This document shows positions 38,345 to 48,190 of a DNA stretch of 64,000 nt, piece by piece. The notes under the pieces were generated by a model that did not search any database, had not been told where the DNA came from, and worked only from the letters and a program-made list of their open reading frames with translations. Made by a program: the position numbers and the translations under genes. The stretch comes from an uncultured Caldilineales bacterium (GTDB taxonomy: Bacteria > Chloroflexota > Anaerolineae > J102). The DNA lies in the NCBI GenBank assembly GCA_964460135.1, contig CAYWPZ010000001.1, forward strand, positions 7,469 to 71,468, given 5' to 3'. Each line of letters opens with the position of its first letter. Position 1 is the stretch's first letter.

Positions 38345-40783
38345 TCAATACCGCAGCGCCGGCTGCAGGCGGATGACTTGACCAAACGGTTGGCCGGAGG
38401 GGGCGATGAGCTGGATGCCGAGAGTGTGGTTGCGGCCGCTGGCCAAGTCGGGCGGGAGGGGGAGGCTGATCTCGCCGCGCCAGGGCTGGCCGGGTTGCCA
38501 CAAGCCGGTGGGAAAGGTCGGGCCGGCGAGCGGGAAGCGGCCGAGAGCGCGGCCATCGAGCAGCAATTCGAAGTTGTAGTCGCCGCCGGGCGGTTGGTCG
38601 GCGCGCCACCAGGTGCTCAGGTGCAGCGAGTCGCCCGCCGCCAGCGGCGTCTCGGGGGCATGGTCGAAGCCCTGTTTGAAGCGGTCGTGGCCGAGGAAGG
38701 TGAAGGGGCCAAGCGGGACGGCGACGCGATGGGCGATGGGCAGGATGGCGACCGGCGGCGCCGCTGCCGGGGGGTCGATGCGAAGCGCCCCAAGCTCCAG
38801 GTGATCGCCGACGCCAGCCTCTGTCGGGATGGGGAGACGGTCGCCGGTGGCGGCGTCGTAGACGGCCAGGATGAGGCGATGGCTGCCGGGTGGGGTGGCG
38901 AGGGGGATGGCGAGGCCGTAAGGGTCGGTGATTTCGTCGCCGGGGCGCCAGCCGCTGGTGGGGCGAGCGCCGCCAACCGGCTCGGAATCCACCTGAGCCG
39001 CCACCTGGCCCACGGCATCGAGCAGTTGCAGGGTGATTTTGTAGTTGGCGCCGGTTTCGGCCAGGCTGCGCCAGTTGAGGAGGACGCGGGCAATGTCGCC
39101 GGGCTGCACCGGGCCAGGACTGACGCCGATCCCGGTCAGGGCAAAGGCCGGGCCAACGGGGACGGGCGCGGAAAATAGCCGGAGATCGGGCGGGGATTCG
39201 GCGCTGTAGGCCACGAAGCGCAGGTTGCCCACCCAGACGTCCCAGGCCTGGAAGGCGTGCGCGGCCAGATAACGCTCGATCAGCCGCTCGGGATCGGCCT
39301 GTTCGCTGGCCCAGTAGATGGCGAAGACCCGGTCGGCGGCGGCGAGGATGCGGTCGATCTCGGCCAGGGTGGCGGCGGCGTCGAGGGGGCGGGCGCGCGG
39401 CAGGGGATAGACGGGGGCCGGGCCGTGGTCGTACTGGCCGAAGGCGTCGGCCTGCCCCGGCGCCAAGAGGATGACGGCGTCTTCTGCGCCGGCCAGCGCC
39501 CGCAGATAGGCGGCCAGGCCGCGGTAGTCGTCGCGGGCGATGGTGGGGTCGTGGTAGTAGCGAGCGAGGGCAGGAACGGCGGGGAGGACGAGGAGGAGGA
39601 GCAGGGGCAGGTGGAGGAGGGAGCGCGACCAGGTCGCACCAGGCAGGCAGAGGCGAGCCGCGATCAGGCGAACGATTCGAGCGTTGCCGAGCGCCAGCAG
39701 GAGCAGGTAGGCGGGGGCGGCGAGGAGGAGGAATTTGAAGAAGACGGGGCTGAAGATGCGAAACACGAGCATGGCCGCCAGCGGCGCCAGCAGCCAAAGC
39801 AGGGGCAGGGCAGCGGCGGAGCGGCGATGAGGGAGGCGGGCAGGGGGCAGGACGGCGGCGATCAGCAACCCACTCGCGATCAACGCCGAGACGGCTAGCA
39901 GGATGAGCGGCCCCGAACAGAGGGTAGGCCCGCAACTAAAGAGGCGGAAGGTTTCTGCCAGGGCCTGGCCGGGGCCGAGTGAGACGGCAGGCGAGGGCCA
40001 GGTGCGCAATTGGCGCAGGGCGATGGGCAGCCACGGCGCATAGAGCAGGGCCGGGATGGCCTGCAAGACAAACCAGCCGAGCCTGGTTGCGCCGGGCGTT
40101 TGCTGACGGCGACGAGCCTGCCACAGCCAGAGGAGGAAGACGCAGTTGAGGGCGAGGAGGTGAATGGGAAAGGCGTAGTGGGTGTAGAGGCCGAGAGTGG
40201 CAAAGGCGATGTAGAGGACGGCCGCCGGCAGACGGGGGCGCTGGGGTTGGGCCAACAGGGCCAGGGCCAGGCCAGTGAAGGCGGCGCACGCGGTCAGGAG
40301 CTCGTACATGCGCGCTTCCTGGCTGTAGTAGATCAGGAAGGGATTGACCGCCGACAGGAAGGCGGCAGCCAGGCCCAGGCCCACCCCGCGCAGATGCAGG
40401 CCGAGGACGAACATGACGGCCACCACAACCACACCCAGGACGGCCGATAGGCCCCGCGCCCCCGTCTCGCCCAGGCCGAAGACGCGACCCCAGCCCGCCA
40501 GTAGCAGGTAGTAGGCAGGGGGGTGGATGTCGGCGGCAGCGGCGGCGAGGATGGCGGTGGGTTCTCGTCCGGCCAGGACGACCGAATTGCCCTCGTCGGC
40601 CCAAAAGCTCTGCCCGGCCAGCAGGTAGAAGCGAAGGACGGCGGCGAGGATGAGGATGAGGAGCAGGAGGAGGAGGGCGGGGCGCGAGATTGGCTCCGTC
40701 GCTGGCCGCCGGGTCTGTGGCAGAGGCGACGGCGAGGGAGGGGATGGTCTGGCGGGCGCAGCGGGCGATGGCAGAGGGGACAT
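38345..40783 (-). CDS. GT-C fold membrane glycosyltransferase, paralog 3, with two tandem copies of the shared C-terminal module
   Basis: Pro-rich N-terminus. FWADEGNSV first-loop motif. About 13 TM helices. Two C-terminal modules (..NYKITLQLLDAVGQVAAQVDSEPVGGARPTSGWRPGDEI..). Confidence 0.65.
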   Translation of the reverse strand: MSPLPSPAAPARPSPPSPSPLPQTRRPATEPISRPALLLLLLILILAAVLRFYLLAGQSFWADEGNSVVLAGREPTAILAAAAADIHPPAYYLLLAGWGRVFGLGETGARGLSAVLGVVVVAVMFVLGLHLRGVGLGLAAAFLSAVNPFLIYYSQEARMYELLTACAAFTGLALALLAQPQRPRLPAAVLYIAFATLGLYTHYAFPIHLLALNCVFLLWLWQARRRQQTPGATRLGWFVLQAIPALLYAPWLPIALRQLRTWPSPAVSLGPGQALAETFRLFSCGPTLCSGPLILLAVSALIASGLLIAAVLPPARLPHRRSAAALPLLWLLAPLAAMLVFRIFSPVFFKFLLLAAPAYLLLLALGNARIVRLIAARLCLPGATWSRSLLHLPLLLLLVLPAVPALARYYHDPTIARDDYRGLAAYLRALAGAEDAVILLAPGQADAFGQYDHGPAPVYPLPRARPLDAAATLAEIDRILAAADRVFAIYWASEQADPERLIERYLAAHAFQAWDVWVGNLRFVAYSAESPPDLRLFSAPVPVGPAFALTGIGVSPGPVQPGDIARVLLNWRSLAETGANYKITLQLLDAVGQVAAQVDSEPVGGARPTSGWRPGDEITDPYGLAIPLATPPGSHRLILAVYDAATGDRLPIPTEAGVGDHLELGALRIDPPAAAPPVAILPIAHRVAVPLGPFTFLGHDRFKQGFDHAPETPLAAGDSLHLSTWWRADQPPGGDYNFELLLDGRALGRFPLAGPTFPTGLWQPGQPWRGEISLPLPPDLASGRNHTLGIQLIAPSGQPFGQVIRLQPALRY

Positions 40784-40970
40784 CAGGCGGCGGGATGATG
40801 CGGGGGGCGGGGGCCGCCCGCCCGTGGAACGGAGCGGGCTAGGGGTGGAAGGCCCTACGGGCCTGAGCGCGCAGCCGCAACATTGTACCTGTGTTGTCCC
40901 AGTTTTCGAGAGTTGGTCATGTTGGCAAGTCGTCGTGGATGATTCAAGATGGCGCCCGTCCAAAAGGCCA

Positions 40971-40999
40971 TTGACCCCCCCGCCGCCTTGTGTTATCCT
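40971..40999 (+). promoter_or_regulatory. Sigma70-like promoter for alaX
   Basis: TTGACC - 17 bp - TATCCT. Confidence 0.5.
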
Positions 41000-41025
41000 G
41001 GTCTCATCCTGTATACTCCTTCGCT

Positions 41026-41058
41026 AGAGCCGGGTCGCCAGACCCGGTCTCTTTTGTT
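41026..41058 (+). terminator. Terminator-like hairpin plus U-tract inside the alaX leader (attenuator candidate)
   Basis: CCGGGTC-gcca-GACCCGG followed by TCTCTTTTGTTGCC, immediately before the ATG at 41062. Confidence 0.4.
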
Positions 41059-41061
41059 GCC

Positions 41062-42303
41062 ATGAACTCATCCGTCCCTCCGACCCACAAGCTATATTGG
41101 AGCGATCCCCATCGCCGACGCTTCCAGGCCCGGGTGTTGGCCCGCCAGGAAGGGGAACGCCCGGCCCTCATCCTCAACCGCACGCTGTTCTATCCCACCG
41201 GCGGCGGGCAGCCTTGTGACGAAGGCAGGCTGGGGGGGGCCACGGTGGTTGGAGTCGAACAGGAGGACGGCCTCATCCACCATTTCGTCGATCACCTGCC
41301 CGACCCTGCCGACGAAATCGCCGGCGAGATCGACTGGCCCCGCCGCTGGGACCACATGCAGCAGCATAGCGGCCAGCATTTGCTCTCGGCCGCCTTCATC
41401 GTCCGGCTCGACCGCCCTACCCTCAGCTTTCACCTCAGCCCGGATACCGTCACCATCGACCTGCCCGGCCCGCCGCCCGCCGCCGCTGCCATCGACGATG
41501 TGCTGGCCCACGCCAACGCCATCATCGCCGCCGATCGACCCATCCACAGCTATGTCGTCGCCCCCGCCGAAGCCGCCCGCCTGCCGCTGCGCAAAGCGCC
41601 GGCGGTGGAGGGGCCGGTGCGGGTGGTCGAGATCGAGGGCGTAGATTGGTCGGCCTGCGGCGGCACCCACGTCCGCAGCACCGCCGCCATCGGCCACCTG
41701 GCCATCATCCGGCTAGAGCGCCGCGGCGACGCCACCCGCGTTTACTTTGCGGCCGGCGGCCGCGCCCAATCGGACCACCTGCGTCGGCTAAACATCACCC
41801 AGGCGCTGGCCGAGCAGTTCAGCGCCGGGATCGATGACTTGCCGGCCCTGGTGGGACGGCTCCGCCATGAACTCGACCAGGCGCAGAAAGCGCTCAGGCA
41901 GGCCCAGAACCAGCTGGTGGCGGCCGAGGCTGCGCGACTGTGGGTGCAGGCTCCGGTTCAGAACGGCGCCCGTCTCATCCACTGCCAGCTCGGACCTGAT
42001 TCGGGCCTGGACATGCGCCGTCTGTTGGCCGCAGCCCTGGCCCTGGGCGGTTGCCTGGGCGTGATCGGCCAGACAGAAGCAGGCTCGGCGCGCTGGGCGG
42101 CAGGCCGCGCGGCCGAGTACGACCTGGACCTGCGCCGCCTGCTGCCCCTGCTCTCATCGCTGCCCGGTGTACGGGGCGGAGGCAGCCCCGACTTCATCCA
42201 GGGCAGCGTCGATCCGACCGTCCTGCCCCTCTTGCTCGACACGCTTGCCCACTCACTTGCCGCCGCCATGACCGGCCAGACCGATGTACGAACTAGCCCC
42301 TAA
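41062..42303 (+). CDS. alaX: Alanyl-tRNA editing protein AlaX (trans-editing domain homolog of AlaRS)
   Basis: tRNA_SAD N-terminal region, zinc motifs HMQQHSGQH and CGGTH. Confidence 0.8.
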   Translation: MNSSVPPTHKLYWSDPHRRRFQARVLARQEGERPALILNRTLFYPTGGGQPCDEGRLGGATVVGVEQEDGLIHHFVDHLPDPADEIAGEIDWPRRWDHMQQHSGQHLLSAAFIVRLDRPTLSFHLSPDTVTIDLPGPPPAAAAIDDVLAHANAIIAADRPIHSYVVAPAEAARLPLRKAPAVEGPVRVVEIEGVDWSACGGTHVRSTAAIGHLAIIRLERRGDATRVYFAAGGRAQSDHLRRLNITQALAEQFSAGIDDLPALVGRLRHELDQAQKALRQAQNQLVAAEAARLWVQAPVQNGARLIHCQLGPDSGLDMRRLLAAALALGGCLGVIGQTEAGSARWAAGRAAEYDLDLRRLLPLLSSLPGVRGGGSPDFIQGSVDPTVLPLLLDTLAHSLAAAMTGQTDVRTSP

Positions 42304-43183
42304 CATCTTTGCCGAGACGACCTACCATCACAGCAACCCCGGTTTCGTGGTCACAGCCGACGGCGTCATCTGCATCGACAGCCCGCTGATCCCGGTGGAG
42401 GCGCGGGCCTGGCGTCAGGTGATCGCCGAAACCAGCCACGACCTGCCCATCCTCTATGTCATCGTCACCGACCACCACCGCGGCCACTGTCTGGGCAGCC
42501 AATGGCTGAGCGAGACTGTCATCGCCCACGAGCAAGCCTGGCGCCACATGCGCAACTACGGCGAGAATTTCAAGCAGCGGGTGCGCGACAGCTTCAAGCG
42601 CAAACCCGATATTCGCGCCCAATTCGACGACTTGCGCATCGTCGTCCCCACCATCACCTTCATCGATAACATGACCCTGGTTCGGGGCGGGCCGGGGCGG
42701 CCAGGAGCGGCCGGCGAGGAGGGGGCGGAGCGAGATAAGATCATCCGCATTCTGCATGTGGGCGGACACACGCCCGCCACCTGTCTGGTATGGCTGCCGG
42801 TTGACCGTGTGCTGTTTGCCGGCGACATCGTCTGGATCGATCAGCACCCGTTCATGACCCAGGCCAATTCGAGCGAATGGCTGCTGGCGCTGGAGTACAT
42901 CCGCCGCCTGCAACCGACTTATATCGTCCCCGGCCACGGCCCCATCTGCGACTTGTCTGCTCTTGATCGCCTGAGCGAGTACCTGAGCTTCCTGCGACAA
43001 CGAGCGCTCGATCTTTTCCTGGCCGGCCGCACCAAGCAGGAGACGGCCAGCCTGCTCATCCCCGAACTCAAGCCCTGGTTCCCTATCCCGCCCGAACGCT
43101 CGCCCAAGATCGAATCGCAGATCCGCTCCGGCATCGGCCGGGTGTACGACGAGCACCGCCGCCAGCACCTGGCCAGAGCCTGA
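42284..43183 (+). CDS. MBL-fold metallo-hydrolase
   Basis: Motifs VTDHHRGHCLG and GHGP. It overlaps the alaX 3' end by 20 nt. Confidence 0.75.
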   Translation: MYELAPNIFAETTYHHSNPGFVVTADGVICIDSPLIPVEARAWRQVIAETSHDLPILYVIVTDHHRGHCLGSQWLSETVIAHEQAWRHMRNYGENFKQRVRDSFKRKPDIRAQFDDLRIVVPTITFIDNMTLVRGGPGRPGAAGEEGAERDKIIRILHVGGHTPATCLVWLPVDRVLFAGDIVWIDQHPFMTQANSSEWLLALEYIRRLQPTYIVPGHGPICDLSALDRLSEYLSFLRQRALDLFLAGRTKQETASLLIPELKPWFPIPPERSPKIESQIRSGIGRVYDEHRRQHLARA

Positions 43184-43225
43184 GGCGCTCGAACGGCCCA
43201 TCCCCCCGGCTCCGTCTCACCAGCC

Positions 43226-44191
43226 ATGGCCCGCGCTGTCACCGTCCCAACTCGCACGCCCGCCGACGAGTTACGTTCCCTGCTCGATCAGAGCGAGAGA
43301 CTGGCCGTCGGTATGGCCGGGGCCTCGCCCGACCAGGCCCGGCAATTGTTGACCGCGCTCGATCGCATTGTCATTCTCTTTCCCGAATTGGAGGCGGCCG
43401 GGGTTGATCTACAGCCAGAGCGAGGCCGCTGGCAGGGCGTGCAGGGGGCGGTGCGACGACATCGCCGTAGCCTGCAGGCAGCCCTGAAGCCCGCCGGCGG
43501 CTTGGCGACCGCCCGCGCCCAACAGCCCACCCCCCCGCCTACCGCCAATTGGTGGTGGCAGACCGACCTCATCCTGGCTGCAGAGACGCGACGGAAAACC
43601 CTCACCTGGATGGCGGTCACAGGCGGCCTGATTCTCGCCCTCGCCCTCGGCTACTGGCTCTTCAACCGCCTCTTCCCGGTCGATCCGCTCGTCGCCGAGC
43701 TCTATCGCCTCCGCAACGAAGCGCAGCAGGCTCTGATCGAGGGCGAGCTGGCGCCGGCGTTGGCCGCCTACGAGACCGCCGCCGCCCTCAGCCCGGACGA
43801 CCCCGAAACCCTGGCCTGGCTGTCGGCCCTGTACGACGCCGCCGGGCGAGACGCCGACGCTGAGGCTGCACAGGCGCAGCTACGCCCCCTACGGCCCGCT
43901 TTCGAGGTCGATTCGCTACTGGCGTCGGCCTACCTCGGCCTGCGATGGCCGGACGAGGCCAAAATCTACATCGACCAGGCCCTTGCCGCCAACCCCAGCC
44001 ACGTCATTTCCCTCATCACCGCCGCCGACATCAGCCAAGCGCGCGGCGAGATTCAAGAAGCCATGACCTATCTCGAACGGGCCGACGAGGCTGCCGGCGC
44101 CCAAAGCCTCTTCCGTGAGCAGGCCGTCATCCGCGTCCGCCTTGCCCAATTACTCCAACAGCCGCTGTTGCCCACGCCGGCGGGGGAGTAA
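43226..44191 (+). CDS. TPR-repeat membrane-anchored protein
   Basis: One TM helix (LTWMAVTGGLILALALGYWLF) and TPR-like Ala-rich repeats. Confidence 0.55.
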   Translation: MARAVTVPTRTPADELRSLLDQSERLAVGMAGASPDQARQLLTALDRIVILFPELEAAGVDLQPERGRWQGVQGAVRRHRRSLQAALKPAGGLATARAQQPTPPPTANWWWQTDLILAAETRRKTLTWMAVTGGLILALALGYWLFNRLFPVDPLVAELYRLRNEAQQALIEGELAPALAAYETAAALSPDDPETLAWLSALYDAAGRDADAEAAQAQLRPLRPAFEVDSLLASAYLGLRWPDEAKIYIDQALAANPSHVISLITAADISQARGEIQEAMTYLERADEAAGAQSLFREQAVIRVRLAQLLQQPLLPTPAGE

Positions 44192-44274
44192 TTGGAGATT
44201 GGTTATTGGTTATTGGAGATTGTGTTTTCCCCATCTGTGTCGTTCATTTCGCAATCCGCAATCCGAAACTCGCA
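44191..44274. repeat. 12 consecutive heptamers (ATTGGAG ATTGGTT ATTGGTT ATTGGAG ... CGCAATC-type) spanning exactly from stop codon to start codon
   Basis: 84 nt = 12 x 7. The start codon at 44275 is in phase with the heptamer array. Confidence 0.75.
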
Positions 44275-44844
44275 ATGCCTCATCCAGACCTCCTCACCCC
44301 CTACCCTGTCCATCTGGCCGGTGTGACGCGCTATCTGCCACGCGTCGAGATCGCCCCCGGCGTCGTCATCGCCATCCTCAACATCCTCGGCGACACCGAA
44401 CTGACCGAAGCTGTGGCCGCGGCACTGGTGCAGCGCCTCCCCACCGGGGCCGAGTTCCTGGTCACGCCCGAGGCCAAGAGCATCCCGCTCTGCTACGCTA
44501 TGTCGGTCAAGAGCGGCCTGCCCTACGCCGTCCTGCGCAAGAGCTTCAAGCCCTACATGCTCGGCTCCATCAGCGAAGAAGTGCTGAGCATCACCACCGG
44601 CGCGCCGCAGAAGCTGTGGTTGGATGGCAAAGACATCGCGCGGGTGCGAGGCAAGCGCGTGGTCATCGTCGATGACGTGATCTCCACCGGCGGCACCCTG
44701 CGCGGGGCCAGAAGCCTGTTGGAGCAAGCCGAGGCCGACGTGATCGCCAGCGTCGCCATCCTGACCGAAGGCGATGAATCGGCCTGGCGAGATGTGATCA
44801 CCCTCGGCAACCTGCCGGTTTGGTTCGACCGCCCAGCATCGTAA
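44275..44844 (+). CDS. Phosphoribosyltransferase family protein
   Basis: PRPP-binding motif VVIVDDVISTGGT. Confidence 0.75.
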   Translation: MPHPDLLTPYPVHLAGVTRYLPRVEIAPGVVIAILNILGDTELTEAVAAALVQRLPTGAEFLVTPEAKSIPLCYAMSVKSGLPYAVLRKSFKPYMLGSISEEVLSITTGAPQKLWLDGKDIARVRGKRVVIVDDVISTGGTLRGARSLLEQAEADVIASVAILTEGDESAWRDVITLGNLPVWFDRPAS

Positions 44845-44852
44845 ATCCTGAG

Positions 44853-44893
44853 GCGTGAAGACCGGACGCTCCGGCTCACGCTTCACGTTTCAC
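44853..44893 (+). terminator. Hairpin after the PRTase gene (7-bp periodic TTCACGN repeats)
   Basis: Outer stem CGTGAAG / CTTCACG, inner stem CCGGA-cgc-TCCGG, followed by TTTCAC. Confidence 0.4.
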
Positions 44894-44906
44894 ACCTCGC
44901 GCTCCC

Positions 44907-45974
44907 ATGTTCGACAAACTCGACCAGATCGAAGCCAGCTACGACGCCCTCGAAGCCCGGATGGGCGACCCGGCCATTGCCGCCGATTATCAGGAAGCGG
45001 CGAAGTTGGCGCGCGAGCAGGCTGAGCTGCGGGACATCGTCGCCAGCTATCGCCAGCTGAAGCGGGTCATGCAGGAATTGGCCGACGCCCGCCAGCTGTT
45101 GGAGGCCGAGGAGGATGCTGATTTCCGGGCGCTGGCCGAAGCCGAAGTAGGCGCCCTGGAAGCCGAACAGGGGCGCGTCGAGCAGGAGCTGCGGGCTTTG
45201 CTGCTGCCGCGCGACCCGCGCGATGCCAGAAATGTGATCGTCGAAATCCGGGCCGGGACGGGCGGCGACGAAGCCGGGCTGTTTGCAGCCGACCTCTATC
45301 GCATGGTCAACCGCTATGCCGAGAAGCGAAACTGGAAGGCGGCGCTGCTTTCGAGCAGCGAAAGCGGCATTGGCGGCTTCAAGGAAGTGATCTTCGAGGT
45401 GCGCGGGGAGGGCGCCTACAGCCGGTTGAAGTACGAATCGGGGGTTCATCGCGTGCAGCGTGTGCCCGAAACCGAGTCGCAAGGCCGCATCCACACCTCC
45501 ACCGCCACCATGGCCGTGCTGCCCGAGGCCGACGAGGTGGAGGTGAACATCGCCCCTGAAGAGATTCGCATCGATGTTTTTCGCGCTACCGGCCCCGGCG
45601 GCCAGAGTGTGAACACGACCGACAGCGCTGTGCGCATCACCCATCTGCCCACCGGCCTGGTGGTGCAATGTCAGGACGAAAAAAGCCAGCTCCAAAACCG
45701 CCAGCGCGCCCTGACCATCCTGCGCGCCCGGCTGTACGATGCCGAAATGCAGCGCCAGCACGAGGCCATCAGCGCCGACCGGCGGGCGCAGGTCGGCTCG
45801 GCCGAGCGCAGCGAGAAAATCCGCACCTACAACTTCCCCCAAAACCGCGTCACCGACCACCGCGTGGGCGTGAGCATCTACAATCTGCCGGCGGTGTTGG
45901 ATGGCGATCTCGACGTCTTCATCGACGAGTTGGCCGCCGCCGATCAGTCGGCGCGGCTGCAGGTGGGGGAGTAG
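44907..45974 (+). CDS. prfA: Peptide chain release factor 1
   Basis: GGQ motif (GPGGQSVNTT) and RF1-type P-x-T region (RVQRVPETESQGRIHTS). Confidence 0.93.
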   Translation: MFDKLDQIEASYDALEARMGDPAIAADYQEAAKLAREQAELRDIVASYRQLKRVMQELADARQLLEAEEDADFRALAEAEVGALEAEQGRVEQELRALLLPRDPRDARNVIVEIRAGTGGDEAGLFAADLYRMVNRYAEKRNWKAALLSSSESGIGGFKEVIFEVRGEGAYSRLKYESGVHRVQRVPETESQGRIHTSTATMAVLPEADEVEVNIAPEEIRIDVFRATGPGGQSVNTTDSAVRITHLPTGLVVQCQDEKSQLQNRQRALTILRARLYDAEMQRQHEAISADRRAQVGSAERSEKIRTYNFPQNRVTDHRVGVSIYNLPAVLDGDLDVFIDELAAADQSARLQVGE

Positions 45975-46015
45975 GAAGTAGGGAGTATGGAGTATGGAGT
46001 AGGGAGTAGCAGGGA
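45968..46015. repeat. KGGAGTA heptamer x6 spanning the prfA stop and prmC start
   Basis: ggagta ggaagta gggagta tggagta tggagta gggagta, an array of SD-like GGAG units. Confidence 0.7.
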
Positions 46016-46880
46016 GGTTAGGACTGAGCTGGCGGCGGCGACAAAGGTTTTGGCCGGAGCCGGGATCGATGGCGCCCGGCTCGATGCTGAAGTGTTGCTG
46101 GCTCATGTCTTGCGGGTGGAACGCTCCTTCCTCCTCAGCCACCCCACCCTGCCGCTCAGCCTCGCCCAGGCCGCCCTCTATGCTGGCCTGATCCGCCGTC
46201 GCGCCGCTCGCGAGCCGCTGGCCTATCTAAGCGGACGCCGCTGGTTCTACGGCCTGGAGTTTCTGGTCACATCGGCCGTGCTCATCCCTCGGCCCGAGAC
46301 CGAACTGCTGGTCGAGATGGCGCTGGCCTGGCTTGCAGGGCGGCCGGAGGGGGCGACGGTGGTCGATGTCGGGACGGGCAGCGGGGCCATTGCCGTCGCC
46401 CTGGCCGTCCACACACCATCCCGGGTGCGCATTCTTGCCAGCGATAGCTCGGCGGCGGCGCTGGCGGTGGCGCAGGAAAACGCCCGCCAGCATTGCCCCG
46501 GCCGCATCACCTTTCTCTCCGGCGATCTGCTGACCCCGCTCAGCGAGCCGGTCGATCTGATCGTGGCCAATCTGCCGTATGTCGCCGAAGCCAAACGCGA
46601 CGATCTCATGCCCGAAGTGCGCGACCACGAGCCGGCCGCGGCGCTGTTTGGCGGCGAGGATGGCCTGGCCGTGATCGAACGGCTACTTTTGCAGGCCCCT
46701 GCCCATCTGCGGCCCGGCGGCGGCGTCATGTTGGAGATTGGCGCTGGCCAGGGCGAGGCGGCCCGCCTGCTGGCCGGCCGCCTGCTGGCGGGCCGCCATT
46801 TCCCCGCCGCCCGCATCGCCATCCATCCCGACCTCGCCGGCCTCGACCGGGTATTGGTCATCACCCCACCCGCCCCCTGA
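45987..46880 (+). CDS. prmC: Release factor glutamine N5-methyltransferase
   Basis: NLPY (NPPY-type) motif, GxGxG SAM-binding motif (VVDVGTGSGAIAV), and the prfA-prmC arrangement. Confidence 0.88.
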   Translation: MEYGVGSSREVRTELAAATKVLAGAGIDGARLDAEVLLAHVLRVERSFLLSHPTLPLSLAQAALYAGLIRRRAAREPLAYLSGRRWFYGLEFLVTSAVLIPRPETELLVEMALAWLAGRPEGATVVDVGTGSGAIAVALAVHTPSRVRILASDSSAAALAVAQENARQHCPGRITFLSGDLLTPLSEPVDLIVANLPYVAEAKRDDLMPEVRDHEPAAALFGGEDGLAVIERLLLQAPAHLRPGGGVMLEIGAGQGEAARLLAGRLLAGRHFPAARIAIHPDLAGLDRVLVITPPAP

Positions 46881-46884
46881 ACCC

Positions 46885-47697
46885 ATGCCCATCCGCCTCC
46901 TCGCCTGCGATCTCGACGGCACCCTGGCCGACCATCACGGCCATATCAGCGACGAAGCCGTGGCCGCACTCGACCGCGCCCGCGCCGAGGGCATCCTCCT
47001 CGTCGTTGCCACCGGCCGCCTGCCCTTTGTCATCGGCCCGTTTCTTGACCGGCTGGACGTGAGCGCCGAGCCGTTCATCACCGCTCAGGGCGCCCTCATC
47101 GGCCACCGCGATGGCCGCATCCTCCGCCGACTGACGCTCGACGCCGCCATTGCCCGCGAGGCCGCCGCCATCGCCCGGGCTTGGGGCGCAGGCATGGCCT
47201 TTTTCCACGAAGATCAGATCATCGTCGATGGCTACGCCTTTCCGCCGGCGCAGTACGAGGCCTGGTTTGGGCAGCACGGCCGGCTGGAGGCGGCGGCGGC
47301 GGCGCATCTGGATGGCGACCTGATCAAGTTCATGGCCATCCATCCCGATGTCGAGGCCGTCCCGGCGCTGGTCGATGGCTTACGGGCGGCGCTCGGCCCC
47401 CGCGCCGAGATCACCCGCTCGTGGCATCATTTCGTCGAGGGCACCACGCCCGGCGCCGACAAAGGCGCGGCCCTGGCCTGGCTGTGCGCCCGGCTTGGGG
47501 TTGCCAGAGATGAAGTTCTGGCCTTGGGCGACGGCGGCAACGATGTGACCATGCTGCGCTGGGCCGGGCAGTCGGCTGCCCCGGCCAATGGCGACCCGGC
47601 CGCCCTTGCCGTCGCCGGCTGGGTGGCGCCGCCGCTGCTGCCGGGAACATCCCCCCATCCAGCGGCGGCCAGCCTGGCGCATTTCTTGGCCTGGTAG
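46885..47697 (+). CDS. Cof-type HAD-IIB phosphatase
   Basis: DLDGTL motif I and GDGGNDVTM motif IV. Confidence 0.82.
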   Translation: MPIRLLACDLDGTLADHHGHISDEAVAALDRARAEGILLVVATGRLPFVIGPFLDRLDVSAEPFITAQGALIGHRDGRILRRLTLDAAIAREAAAIARAWGAGMAFFHEDQIIVDGYAFPPAQYEAWFGQHGRLEAAAAAHLDGDLIKFMAIHPDVEAVPALVDGLRAALGPRAEITRSWHHFVEGTTPGADKGAALAWLCARLGVARDEVLALGDGGNDVTMLRWAGQSAAPANGDPAALAVAGWVAPPLLPGTSPHPAAASLAHFLAW

Positions 47698-47707
47698 GAG
47701 GCTGCAA

Positions 47708-48043
47708 ATGACCTGGCAAACCTGGCTACTCTTGTTGGGCGCTATCATCACCGAGGTGATCGGTACGGCGGCGCTCCGTTTCACCACTGGCTTTACGAAA
47801 TGGCTGCCGCTGGCCGTGGTCGTCGCCGGCTACGCCGCTTCGTTCTACCTGCTGGCGCTGGTGCTCAAACACGATGTGCCCATCGGCATCATCTATGCCA
47901 TCTGGTCGGGGATCGGCACGGTGGGGATCACGCTGGTGGGGGTGATCTTGTGGCGCGAGCACCTGAGTCTGGGGGCGGTGATCGGCGTCGCCCTGGTGAT
48001 CGGCGGGGTGGCGCTGATCAATTTGAGCAGCCAGTCGCACTGA
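47708..48043 (+). CDS. SMR-family small multidrug resistance transporter (EmrE/QacE-like)
   Basis: 111 aa with 4 TM helices and the conserved TM1 glutamate (IITEVIGTAALRF). ATG behind GGAGG. Confidence 0.85.
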   Translation: MTWQTWLLLLGAIITEVIGTAALRFTTGFTKWLPLAVVVAGYAASFYLLALVLKHDVPIGIIYAIWSGIGTVGITLVGVILWREHLSLGAVIGVALVIGGVALINLSSQSH

Positions 48044-48190
48044 CGAATGCTCATGCACACGCCAGAAACGAGCGATAGTGTTGGACGGCGTGCAGTGCGG
48101 GGGCCTGATCATAGGCTTCGGGGCTGAACTCATCCCGCACTTCGCCGGCATCGAAGTCCGACCACCAGTACATGGCCTTGCGGCGGGGCC

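Noticed and set aside
33034-39178. Many 200-560-aa alternative-frame ORFs across the GT-C cluster (e.g. 33264-34937, 35679-36629, 37096-38376, 38168-39178)
   Set aside because: Biased-composition translations. The annotated frames show TM periodicity and conserved motifs.
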